A stretch of 64,000 bases of DNA from Ignisphaera sp. (GTDB lineage: Archaea; Thermoproteota; Thermoprotei_A; Sulfolobales; Ignisphaeraceae), in assembly GCA_038889075.1 (NCBI GenBank), contig JAWAHS010000002.1:76930-140929 (forward strand), given 5' to 3'. The notes under the pieces were generated by a model. That model ran no database searches. It was not told the origin of the DNA and was given only the letters and a program-made list of their open reading frames with translations. Shown in pieces: positions 19,275 through 28,976 of the stretch; within the stretch, counting starts at the first letter, position 1, and each line of letters starts with the position of its first letter. Made by a program: the position numbers and the translations under genes.

Positions 19275-20281
19275 ACTACCAAAATGCTAGTTTCGGCTCT
19301 TTCAACGTTTTTCAATACTTTTTCAACAATATCCTGGGTAATGTCCATACCTAGCCTTTGTAAAGCTATTATAATGGGACCTAATATAGCCCTGTATCCT
19401 ACTATAGGCTCCTTTAATGTGGCTTTCCTTAGCAACTTTCTAACTCTGTTTTCAAAAACTCTGTTAACTATCTTTGATTTAAATACGCTACCGATACCCC
19501 CTACAATAATATCATCATCTACCATACCAAGTTTCTGTGCAACACTGTATACAGATAGTGCAAGTTCCAAACCAGCTTTTTCCATTATTTCTCTAGCTAC
19601 TTCATCACCTTTTTCGGCCTCCTCATCTACGAGAACAGCTATGGCTGCTATCTTACCTATATCAAAAGGTTTCATCCTATAAATGTATGTTACGATATCC
19701 AGCAGGTCATCAACATTGTAGAATTCTCTTATCCTATTTATAAGTGAAGTATAGCGTCCTCTACCATCATATGCCCTCGAAACCGCATTTAGCGCCTGGA
19801 GAGCTATCCAAGAAGCACTACCTTCGTCACCTATGATCCAACCCCATCCACTTGACCTTGCCCTACGACCAAACCTATTCATACCAAATGCAATAGCGCC
19901 GGTGCCAGCTATAACAGCAATTCCAGGTTTGCCCCATGTAACAGCATAGAAAGCTGTTATAGCATCGTGCTCAATTATAATTTTTTCAAAAGGATAGCCG
20001 AGTTCTCTAACATAGTTCCAGGCAATATCTAGATCTCTTTTGGTATCTAAACCAGCCCAGCTAAATACAATCAAATCGACGTCTTCAATGGATGTGGTGG
20101 TCCGTCTAAGACACGTATCTATAGCATCTCGTATATTTGTTTTGACGATATTCTCCTCTAGAGTTATATCAGCGGGTCCACTAGAAACGCTACACAAAAT
20201 ATCTAGGTTTTCATTGAACATCATTGCAATACTTTTCGTTTTTCCTATATCAAGGGCTATAAATTTCATAACGACCACCAT
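19271..20281 (-). CDS. BadF/BadG/BcrA/BcrD-type N-acetylhexosamine/hexosamine kinase
   Basis: DIGKTK, IAGTG, GWGWIIGDEGS motifs. Confidence 0.88.
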   Translation of the reverse strand: MVVVMKFIALDIGKTKSIAMMFNENLDILCSVSSGPADITLEENIVKTNIRDAIDTCLRRTTTSIEDVDLIVFSWAGLDTKRDLDIAWNYVRELGYPFEKIIIEHDAITAFYAVTWGKPGIAVIAGTGAIAFGMNRFGRRARSSGWGWIIGDEGSASWIALQALNAVSRAYDGRGRYTSLINRIREFYNVDDLLDIVTYIYRMKPFDIGKIAAIAVLVDEEAEKGDEVAREIMEKAGLELALSVYSVAQKLGMVDDDIIVGGIGSVFKSKIVNRVFENRVRKLLRKATLKEPIVGYRAILGPIIIALQRLGMDITQDIVEKVLKNVERAETSILVV

Positions 20282-20336
20282 GCTGTACTCAGTGGTTCGG
20301 AATTATATAAATGACACTTAAAAATTGCCTAACGTA

Positions 20337-20630
20337 ACTGTTTTGGTTTTCGTATAGGTTTAAGGGTTGATGTGGTTGTTTTACTGTGGTTTGAGCTTGT
20401 CCACGATGTGGTGTGTGGTGGAGACCTGGGTGGGTAGGGGCATACAATGCCGGGATGTGGGGGTTTCCCACAGCTGTGAACCGGAACCATATGAGGGGGA
20501 GCTGTGGGTAGGGGTTTCCCCAAAGGGGTGGAGGCCGATGATATGGGCTCCGATGAAGGGTGCCCCGAGGTCTGTGAAGCCAAGAGTTGACAACAAACAA
20601 CATCAACCAATACAAAACCCAAACCCCAGT
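20337..20630 (+). mobile_element. non-autonomous structured element, probable internally deleted IS200/IS605/IS607-type miniature keeping an omega-RNA-like right end
   Basis: GC-rich island; G/T-rich left arm imperfectly complementary to A/C-rich right arm; nested helices; + frame RDVGVSHS...ELWVGVSPKGWRPMIWAPMKG recalls crenarchaeal TnpB tails (from memory). Confidence 0.55.
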
Positions 20631-20669
20631 ATGCTTAGTATAGTCTACTATAGGAGTAGCATATTTAAT

Positions 20670-21533
20670 TTATTTCCCAATCTTTTTAATTACTACATCT
20701 ACTGTCGTGTGATATTTGTGTGGTGCAACACCTCTAATGACATGTCCGCCAATGATCTCAGCAGAAGCTCCGTATTTCTCAATGAACTTCTTTACTGTTT
20801 CAGCTGACTTGATAAGAGCCTCTCGCTTATTCCTTGCTTCTATAAATAGATGGGGATGTACTATGCTCTCTTCTTTGACGATCATCATAGCAGCCTCAAT
20901 AGCTTTTTCAAATAAATCTGGAAATGGCATTAGTATTCTATCAAATTTTCTTTGAAGCGATGGTACTATCAATAATGCATCCCCATGTATAATTTCGTTT
21001 AGAAATGCCACCTTATTTAGCTCTGCATTTTCTCTAGCATATTTAACTGCATGTTCATTGATGTCTATAGATAGTACATAGGAGGGCTTTCCATATTTAG
21101 AGGCTATTATACTATATGGTCCAAAGCCGGAGAACATATTTAATATTTTTTCGCTTTTCCTAATCTGCTTAGCTATTCTCATGTGATCATAACCCAGAAC
21201 GGGTGAGATATAGACTTTAGTTACATCAAGTTTGAATATACATCCATGTTCTTTATAGACGGTTTCGCTTCTTTTTTCACCTGCTAAATGTACGTAGCTT
21301 CTAGTCCTTTCAATTCCATATACGGGTGTTATAGCAAGCCACACACTCTTAACATAGGATAGGGATTTTAAAAGTTCCTCGCCAATGACTTTAAAAATAT
21401 CTTCAGATAGATTAAAGGGTTTTCTAATAATAGCAATATCGCCTACAATTTCAATACGTCTCCAAATCAGCTTAGCATAATCAGAGCCTAGAACTTTCTC
21501 AGCAATTCTCCTAAGTAAAGGTTCTTCGGACAA
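20670..21533 (-). CDS. Trm5/Tyw2 (Met-10+) family tRNA position-37 modification enzyme
   Basis: EIVGDIAI, YKEHGCIFKLDVTKVYISP, MFSGFGPY, DRILMPFP. Confidence 0.88.
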   Translation of the reverse strand: MSEEPLLRRIAEKVLGSDYAKLIWRRIEIVGDIAIIRKPFNLSEDIFKVIGEELLKSLSYVKSVWLAITPVYGIERTRSYVHLAGEKRSETVYKEHGCIFKLDVTKVYISPVLGYDHMRIAKQIRKSEKILNMFSGFGPYSIIASKYGKPSYVLSIDINEHAVKYARENAELNKVAFLNEIIHGDALLIVPSLQRKFDRILMPFPDLFEKAIEAAMMIVKEESIVHPHLFIEARNKREALIKSAETVKKFIEKYGASAEIIGGHVIRGVAPHKYHTTVDVVIKKIGK

Positions 21534-21708
21534 ATACCTCCCCTACAGTAGCCCCATTCAATAATTCTGAATATTTGTGAAGTCAACTATTATCCGCTTT
21601 TTACATTTAAACCAATTGCATTCATCTTCATACTCCAACAAGGGGTTGTGTTGTATCTTCCTATTACAATTATTTGATAGAGGGGTGCCACCTAGAGTTG
21701 GAGAGGAG

Positions 21709-22710
21709 CTAGAATGCTATTTTAGGTCTAAATGGTATCAGATCGGCCATTGTTAATAGACCTGGTTTCTGCTCTCCTATTTTCTCTGCTATATTTAGAA
21801 TTACAGCAGCTGTTGCCATATCACCTGGTGTTCCTGAGCTTCTCCAAGTTATAGTATAATCTTTACCATCAATTACAATCTCCTCATACTCCTCTGCTGC
21901 AACATACGCATAAAACTCTACTCTTATAACCTCTCTATCTCCTATATAAGCTATCCCGTAGCCTCTAATCCCTCTATTCATATTTTTCAAAACTTTCACT
22001 CCAGCAGATTCTACATCACGTTCAGCTACCACAACATTCTGTTCCTCAACTACTTTAGTTGGCTGTATACCAGCTGCATCAGCTATTATGAGTGTAGATT
22101 CAGCGTATCCTACATGTCCCGTTATTTCGCCTCTTCTAAGCCTTTCCTCAACGTTTCTCGGATCCTCTCCTATACCAATCTTCCTTCTAAACGATTCCCT
22201 TCTTTTAGCAGCATCAATACTTCTTATAGCCCTAATCTTTCTCACAATATTGAATGGTGCTGCAAGTACTATTGCTAGGGTATCTAGTAGAAAACCTGGA
22301 TTTACACCCGTTCCAATTATTGCGATACCCCTAGATTTTGCTATCTCATCCAGTTTTCTAGCCAGTATTGGATAGCGGTAGTAGGGATAGGCTAAGGTCT
22401 CACATGTTGATAGAACGTCTATACCCATTTTAGCAACTATAGCAATTTGATCGAAAACTCTATCTAAATAGGAACCTGTAGCGTGGATAACAACATCTGC
22501 ATTAGCTAAAACTGTAGGGTTGCTAGCAACCTCAATACCAAGCTTTTCACTAAGACCTATAGCTAGACCCACATCCTTTCCAACGAGATTTGGATCGATA
22601 TCAACTGCGCCAACGATTTCATAATCCCTCTCAATAGCTGCCCTCGCTATAATCCTACCTATAGCACCAAATCCGTAGATACCAATCCTCATAAAATGCA
22701 CCATAAACAA
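21709..22710 (-). CDS. dihydrodipicolinate reductase-like NAD(P)-dependent amine dehydrogenase (Ord-like)
   Basis: GFGAIG Rossmann motif, STCE, GTGVNPGF, GHVG, PGDMATAA. Confidence 0.82.
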   Translation of the reverse strand: MFMVHFMRIGIYGFGAIGRIIARAAIERDYEIVGAVDIDPNLVGKDVGLAIGLSEKLGIEVASNPTVLANADVVIHATGSYLDRVFDQIAIVAKMGIDVLSTCETLAYPYYRYPILARKLDEIAKSRGIAIIGTGVNPGFLLDTLAIVLAAPFNIVRKIRAIRSIDAAKRRESFRRKIGIGEDPRNVEERLRRGEITGHVGYAESTLIIADAAGIQPTKVVEEQNVVVAERDVESAGVKVLKNMNRGIRGYGIAYIGDREVIRVEFYAYVAAEEYEEIVIDGKDYTITWRSSGTPGDMATAAVILNIAEKIGEQKPGLLTMADLIPFRPKIAF

Positions 22711-22890
22711 AAATAATAGTGCTTCTAAAAAATCTTTCTATTTCAATGCTACCCAGACATCTCTAATTACATATAACGAAACAGGATCTCGGTTAACATA
22801 TCTCTAATGGATAGGAATATGGAATAGTTGCCTACCTAGATTCAACAAACTTAAATAAACGTTAGTCGAATACTGGACTGTATTAGAGGG

Positions 22891-23724
22891 ATGAGATACT
22901 TGAGTAGCGGTTCGAATGGTAGTGACAGTGTACATAGCTACTTTATTGAAAAGGGAGAATACTTTAGGATAATAATGGATTCTCATGAAATGATTAGTCG
23001 GGGTAAAAAGATTGCTAGAGGTATAGCTAAGCAACTAATGTTGCTTGGAATCGACAAGGGGCGCATTCTCGATGTTGGATGTGGTACCGGGAGGATAGCA
23101 CTTCCACTAGCCGAACTTGGATACAATGTTATAGGAATAGATATTTCACCAAATTATATTGAAATAGCCAGAGCAAGGATGGTCTCTAAAGGTTTAGAGA
23201 ATAGAGCCGAGTTTATAGTGTGCGATGCGAGAGAACTGGATCAATGCACATCTAAGTACTCACCATTTAATGCGATACTATTTGTATGGTCCTCCGTCAT
23301 AGGATACTATGACGAGGATACCGATATAAAGGTATTGACAAATGCCAGAAAGATCGTCGGCGAGAATGGCGTTCTAATAATTGTTGATTCAATAAATAGA
23401 GACTACATGCTGATGTTGCACAACATTGTTGGCGAGACGACCTGGTTCTATGACTATCACTTCTATGTTGTAGTTGAAAGGAGTCTATTCAATCCGGTAA
23501 CAAGTGAAGTTATGATTAAGCACAGCTTCTATAGAAAGGATGGCAAGAATCTGATATTTTTGGACGAAGCGCACTTTAAAATGAGGATATACTCGCTGAA
23601 TGAGCTGGTATATATAGCTAAAAAAGCTGGCTGGTGTCTTTACAGAGTGTTAAGAGATGTTGCTGGTGAAATTGGGTACTCCTTTACAAAACCTCTTAAC
23701 ATAATATTTAGTACATGTAGATGA
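22891..23724 (+). CDS. class I SAM-dependent methyltransferase
   Basis: ILDVGCGTGR, GIDIS, CDAREL. Confidence 0.9.
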   Translation: MRYLSSGSNGSDSVHSYFIEKGEYFRIIMDSHEMISRGKKIARGIAKQLMLLGIDKGRILDVGCGTGRIALPLAELGYNVIGIDISPNYIEIARARMVSKGLENRAEFIVCDARELDQCTSKYSPFNAILFVWSSVIGYYDEDTDIKVLTNARKIVGENGVLIIVDSINRDYMLMLHNIVGETTWFYDYHFYVVVERSLFNPVTSEVMIKHSFYRKDGKNLIFLDEAHFKMRIYSLNELVYIAKKAGWCLYRVLRDVAGEIGYSFTKPLNIIFSTCR

Positions 23725-24198
23725 AATGTATTAAAGCACTACATGGAAAAGCCGTTACGGTATTGTTGTCAGTAAAGGGAGGATCTAGTAAAAGAGCCCA
23801 CCATTAAACTTTTTATAAAGAGTAGACCTGCTCTAAACTTTACCATAGAAATTTCAGCTAGGCTAGCAGTTTAAGTCCTTAATTCAAGAAAGCTCGATAC
23901 TGCTTTTCATGGTATCGATGATATTGTGGACATTTTATAAATACTGTTTATACAAGTATTGACCCAGCTATGTCTAGAAATACATATTGTTAATACTCGC
24001 TATAAACGTAAACTGCTATACAATTTCTATAGCTTTAACTAATTTTTGCATCAAGCTCACCATCCTGGAGCATACTTGGTTACGAATGCTATGCATTTTC
24101 TTTTGCGCTTTCTCCACCGACAATAGAGCCTGTATTCCAGTATATACACCTTTCTTAGCAAGAACTGATTTTAATTGATTGGATGTAACCATTTTGGT

Positions 24199-24275
24199 TG
24201 GCGCCGCGGCCGGGATTTGAACCCGGGTCACGGGCTCGACAGGCCCGCATAATAGCCGGGCTATACTACCGCGGC
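24199..24275 (-). tRNA. tRNA-Asp(GUC), intronless, CCA encoded
   Basis: GCCGCGG acceptor stem, CGGGC-CT GTC GA-GCCCG anticodon arm, GGTTCAAATCC T loop; TTTTAAG TATA about 30 nt upstream. Confidence 0.97.
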
Positions 24276-24347
24276 TCGTATTTAGAAATATATTGCGTGG
24301 AGCTTAAAAGCTTAAATTGGGTACATCTTATGGAGTTCCTGTAGTGT

Positions 24348-25394
24348 TTGAATGAAATGCGTTGTTTGAAATGGGATGCGGTACTGGTGTTAGCATTGGG
24401 CTGTAAGGTTGTAGTGGTTGCTGATTGGGATGTTGATGGTGTTGTTTCAGCTGCACAGATAGTTTATTCACAGGAGGTTGTTGGAAGGTATCCTCTAGAT
24501 GGTAAGCAGAAGGTGTATTTAGTCCCATCAACTTTGAGAACACTGAGTCAAGTTTTGGATGAGGTTAGCGGTTTGAAGGCATCCCATTTGGTACTACTTG
24601 ATATTGCCTATAGTAAGGATACCGAGTCCTTTCTAAAAAAGATTAGGGAGTTGAATATGTACAGCATATATGTAGACCATCACATATCATCCCTTATCCA
24701 TAGTTCCAGTGTAGAGAAGATTGTAGATGAATTCATTGTTGGTAAGGTTCCAACAGCATATCTGGTGTTTCAACTGATGAATTCTCTAAAGATAGCTCTA
24801 ACTACAAGAATACGAGCTTTTGTTGAAGCTGCTTCTGCTATTGAGGGTAGAAGACAGGGTAGTGTAGATAGGAGATTCATTCAACTAGTTGTAGCAATGT
24901 CGAGAACTCTTGCTCATTCTAGAAATAGAGAGCTGTGGGAAAAGCTTGTGAGGTGGCTTAGCTCACCACTACCCCAGTCCTCAATGCCATTTACTGTAGA
25001 TGTAGGCAGCTTCGTAAAGTTGCAATTAGGTGCTGGAGATGTAAATCTATTTGCAAGAGAGTTGGCTTTAAGAGCTGAAAGAATATTCAATGTTAGATTC
25101 ATAGATGCTAGAAAGGAAAAGATAGTATACAGACCTTCAGCTGTAGCTTCCGCATTGTATAGAATATTTAGAAGCCCTGTCATACTCCTACTTACTAATA
25201 AGGAGGGCAGAAGCTATATCCTAATAAAATCAAGGGATCTAACTGCCTATACAATAGCCATAGAGCTATATAGAAGCGGTATAGCTATAGATATAATGGG
25301 CCATCAAACACTCTCATACAGTTTACTGAGGGATGATATCGATATTAATATCGTAAAGAACCTTATTAGAAATATAATCCTAAAAAAGCTTTAG
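24348..25394 (+). CDS. DHH-family phosphoesterase (true start may be downstream)
   Basis: ADWDVDG, LVLLD, YVDHH motifs; degenerate DHHA1 (IMGH). Confidence 0.85.
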   Translation: MNEMRCLKWDAVLVLALGCKVVVVADWDVDGVVSAAQIVYSQEVVGRYPLDGKQKVYLVPSTLRTLSQVLDEVSGLKASHLVLLDIAYSKDTESFLKKIRELNMYSIYVDHHISSLIHSSSVEKIVDEFIVGKVPTAYLVFQLMNSLKIALTTRIRAFVEAASAIEGRRQGSVDRRFIQLVVAMSRTLAHSRNRELWEKLVRWLSSPLPQSSMPFTVDVGSFVKLQLGAGDVNLFARELALRAERIFNVRFIDARKEKIVYRPSAVASALYRIFRSPVILLLTNKEGRSYILIKSRDLTAYTIAIELYRSGIAIDIMGHQTLSYSLLRDDIDINIVKNLIRNIILKKL

Positions 25395-25427
25395 CCAACC
25401 ATGTAAAGTACTTAAATTAATCTGATC

Positions 25428-25539
<112 letters not shown>

Positions 25540-26351
25540 AACTTTCCCATCTCAATATTTAACATATATATTTCTCTCTTACTCTCTTAATGACTCTCAG
25601 AAAATTTAAGTTGTAGTTATCATCCTCAAATAGGTTACTTTGTCGAGAGTCGGTTAAGAAACACGGTGGTAGAGCTCGGTATAGTGTATTTTCTGCTCCA
25701 ATTTAGTAAGATTATAGAAGGGATATCTTCAGAACCTCCTACCTCCTTCCTAAAGATTAAGGGATTCCTTCAAGAAGCTCACAGATCCTCTACATCTATA
25801 GAGCAATCAAGAGTCATCTGCTTTCTAGTTGTTTTAGGAGATATAGATTCTATTTCTATTAGATTCTAAATTGTTTAGAGCCCTAGGTCGTTGTAGGAGC
25901 TGTGCTTTAAAGTTATTTAGGTTTAAATCTAGATGAGAACCCTATTCCACTAGATTCAACAACCATACATGAACACATAGGATACTGAAATACCTATGGA
26001 CTAGGTGGAAGTCCTTGAATACAGGTGAACATCAACTAACAAAGACAAACAGATCAAAGCTCTTTCCATTAAGGTTGAAAGCCCCATTTTAATGTCTAGC
26101 ATAGTTATCGTATCTATACCCCCTCTGGGATGTTTTAAGCTATTCCACTAATCCGTACTACTAATTTATTTTAGTTGAATTGCGTATTCTGTACATCTCT
26201 ATCTCTAACAATTGATATCAATTCTTAACAGTATCTCTAAACCTTTTGTAGAAGCAATCTATTTCCACATGATGCCCTCTCCAAGAACGGAAGGTAAGCT
26301 GGTCTTATTGTTTTTACAGCTCTCTGCGATTTTCAATTAAAACTCCTACAG

Positions 26352-26669
26352 TTAGATCTCTACGTACTTCTTGATAATTTTTTTGAATTCTTCGGCATCT
26401 TTTTTATTTAGTACGTGTATCTCTATCTTTGAATTTGGAACGAGTTTTCTTGCTTTATGTAGTACCTCGAGTCTATCGATATTATCCGGTATTTCTAGAA
26501 GCACATCTATATCGCTCAGAGCTATGGCTTCACCTCTGATGTAGGAGCCGAAGACATATAGCTTACCATTGTAGCCTATTGCAAGCTCTTTTAGCATTCT
26601 TAAATATCCATCTAGATTATTCTCTAAATCTTTTCTCCGTCTCCTTAGGTACTCTACATATTTAGACAT
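26352..26669 (-). CDS. minimal nucleotidyltransferase (MNT) antitoxin
   Basis: FGSYIRGEAIALSDIDVLL (GS-x10-DxD), 105 aa. Confidence 0.92.
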   Translation of the reverse strand: MSKYVEYLRRRRKDLENNLDGYLRMLKELAIGYNGKLYVFGSYIRGEAIALSDIDVLLEIPDNIDRLEVLHKARKLVPNSKIEIHVLNKKDAEEFKKIIKKYVEI

Positions 26670-27022
26670 TTGAACATTTCCTCAGTAAATTTCCTTGCCT
26701 CACTATACTCTTTCTCTCCATATCTCCTTATAAAATACCTAGAACCTATATATGCATCCTCGAGGATGTCTACAATATACCATTTATCTTCTGATAAGCG
26801 ATTAAGACACTGATTATCAGCGATCTCGATCAGCTCTCTTAGAGAGTGTATTTTGGGGAAATCGCCTAGGGTATAGAGTAGATATGATTTTATAGCCAGT
26901 TGTACAGCTTGTTCAAGATGAAATAGTGCAATATCATATCTACCTAAAGAAACATCGTATTCGCTAATCCTGTAGAAATGCTTGGCTTTTTCAACCATTT
27001 CTCTATAGAGTCTACTACTCAT
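26654..27022 (-). CDS. HEPN-domain protein (HEPN-MNT toxin-antitoxin partner)
   Basis: FHLEQAVQLAIK, PKIHSL, YIGSRY motifs; overlaps MNT gene. Confidence 0.92.
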   Translation of the reverse strand: MSSRLYREMVEKAKHFYRISEYDVSLGRYDIALFHLEQAVQLAIKSYLLYTLGDFPKIHSLRELIEIADNQCLNRLSEDKWYIVDILEDAYIGSRYFIRRYGEKEYSEARKFTEEMFKCLNM

Positions 27023-27252
27023 GTAGATGCACTTTGCATTGAATCATAGATTTATTGTACTAATTAATAAGCTATTCGTAAAATAGCTGAACATGTATAG
27101 CATTAATAATGGGAGGAGGCATTCAATTTTGTAATTATTGTATAAAGTTTTGTAAAACTTTCTCTAAATGAGGTATTGCATCTATCATAAATATTAGGAT
27201 GCTAAGTATTTTTAAGTGGTTTTAGAGAAATAGAAGGACGAAGATTAGAGGA

Positions 27253-27651
27253 TTGATGTGTATGGCCAGGAGGAGGAGTAAATGGAGGAGAACAACTGCG
27301 ATAGTTAAGAAAATGATGCAGGAGGCAAGAAAAGCCAGAGCATACGAAAGTTTGAGGCAGTGTCCTGTATGCGGTAATCCACACAGTCTTTCAATAGATG
27401 TAAATGAGGATAAAGTAAGTGGACGGAAAAGTGCCTTCATAAGATGTGCCTCATGTGGATTTGAATATACAATGGATAGCCTGCCACCCATTGCTGATGT
27501 GTTCTGGGTCTATTCAAAGCTACTCGATAACATCCATGGAGCATCCATCCAGAGCAGGCCGGTACACGAAGGTGTAACAGAGGGTGCTAAGGAAGAAGTA
27601 GGCGAAGAAGGAGAGGAATTGAATATAGAGATAGAAAAATATAGTGAATGA
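27253..27651 (+). CDS. elf1: transcription elongation factor Elf1-like zinc ribbon with acidic tail
   Basis: basic N-terminus, CPVC...CASC, DVFWVYSKLLD, Glu-rich C-terminus. Confidence 0.8.
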   Translation: MMCMARRRSKWRRTTAIVKKMMQEARKARAYESLRQCPVCGNPHSLSIDVNEDKVSGRKSAFIRCASCGFEYTMDSLPPIADVFWVYSKLLDNIHGASIQSRPVHEGVTEGAKEEVGEEGEELNIEIEKYSE

Positions 27652-27908
27652 ATCTTTTTATTTAACCACATTAACCATCTATACACGTTGTTGATGGTTA
27701 TTTTTGAGATTTAGTTTTGTTAACATTCCAAGAATTCTTAGTACCTTGGACGCTACTGAGTGTGTTGATTTATAACATCTCTTTATAAAAATGTGTATTC
27801 GAAATCCTCATAATGCTGCTTCTTAACTTGCGATAGAATGTGTAATGGAAATGCTGTAGAATCTATGGGTATACAGATACATGCTAGCTTTACCCATAGG
27901 AAGTCCTC

Positions 27909-28976
27909 CTATATATGGATATGCTGTAGGAATTGACTGTAGTTTGTATGGTACAGCTCATCATATTTCTTAATAGATTTTTTAATCAATTCTTCAACAT
28001 TTATTCCATGCAGTGCACTAATTAAAACGATATCACTGTATCCTTGTCCTTCTAACGCCTCTTTGTATTTTAATAGGTATTCTCTAGGTACCTTATCGAT
28101 TTTATTAAAGACTACTATTACCTTTTCCTTACCTATTAACTGTTCAACTGTTTTAAGTGGAACTAGCTGTCTTTCAAATGTATAGTAGGCTTCTGGTGTA
28201 GGATCGAAGAGATATAGAGCTACGGAATTAAGGTGTTTTAGTGCAGCGATGGCCTTTCTTTCTATTTCATTCATCTCATCTATACCTCTATCTAGTAATC
28301 CAGGTGTATCAATTACCTGAATTTTAATGTATCCAAGGTCTATATGTCCCAGTATTATATTCTTAGTCGTGAATGGATACGGTGATACGAGTGGTTTAGC
28401 TGTTGAAATTCTTCCAACAAGTGTAGACTTGCCTACTTGCGGCATTCCAGAGACTATTATGATAGGATTTTCAAAATCTATACATGGAGTTACTTTAATG
28501 GTTTTGACGATATCATCCAAAATATTCAACATCCTCATTTTCCTCCTTATAGTGGAAAGGGTTCTACCCACAAATTCCTGTGCCAATTTTTTTGCCTCAG
28601 TTGGTGTGCTATTCAGTATAGCTCTCCTATACCTAGACCATAGATTAGTCAAAATCTTAATACTGATTGATGTGTTTACAATTAGCTCATCATACATATT
28701 CTTAGATGCGATATTTATAAGCTCAGCGTAAAAGCCATGCAGATTTTCCGTTTTCGGTAACCTTGCGATATATCCTAGATTTGTTGCGATATACTGGTAT
28801 ATCTTCTCGCACTTCAGTAGATAGACAAGTACTTTGCTCTTACTGGGATCGCCTCTTACAGATCTTGGCACCTCAACTCTTTTAGTAAATATGTTGAGCA
28901 CCTCCCGCCTAAGACCATCATATGTTACAGCTCTGATCTTTACCAGATTAGATAAACACCTATGTTCACCATACAT
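27909..28976 (-). CDS. NOG1-family (Obg-like) GTPase
   Basis: GMPQVGKS, YPFTT, DTPGLLDR, NEIE, NKID. Confidence 0.92.
   Translation of the reverse strand: MYGEHRCLSNLVKIRAVTYDGLRREVLNIFTKRVEVPRSVRGDPSKSKVLVYLLKCEKIYQYIATNLGYIARLPKTENLHGFYAELINIASKNMYDELIVNTSISIKILTNLWSRYRRAILNSTPTEAKKLAQEFVGRTLSTIRRKMRMLNILDDIVKTIKVTPCIDFENPIIIVSGMPQVGKSTLVGRISTAKPLVSPYPFTTKNIILGHIDLGYIKIQVIDTPGLLDRGIDEMNEIERKAIAALKHLNSVALYLFDPTPEAYYTFERQLVPLKTVEQLIGKEKVIVVFNKIDKVPREYLLKYKEALEGQGYSDIVLISALHGINVEELIKKSIKKYDELYHTNYSQFLQHIHI

Noticed and set aside
20400-20600. RNase P RNA or SRP RNA as the identity of the GC-rich island
   Set aside because: No GAGGAA.GUCC P4 motif and no SRP helix-8 GGAA..AGCAG motif on either strand
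20329-20807. Overlapping ORFs 20289-20615, 20329-20622, 20367-20807 and 20381-20596
   Set aside because: Open frames explained by the GC-rich low-complexity structured element; at most a relic tnpB tail, not an intact gene
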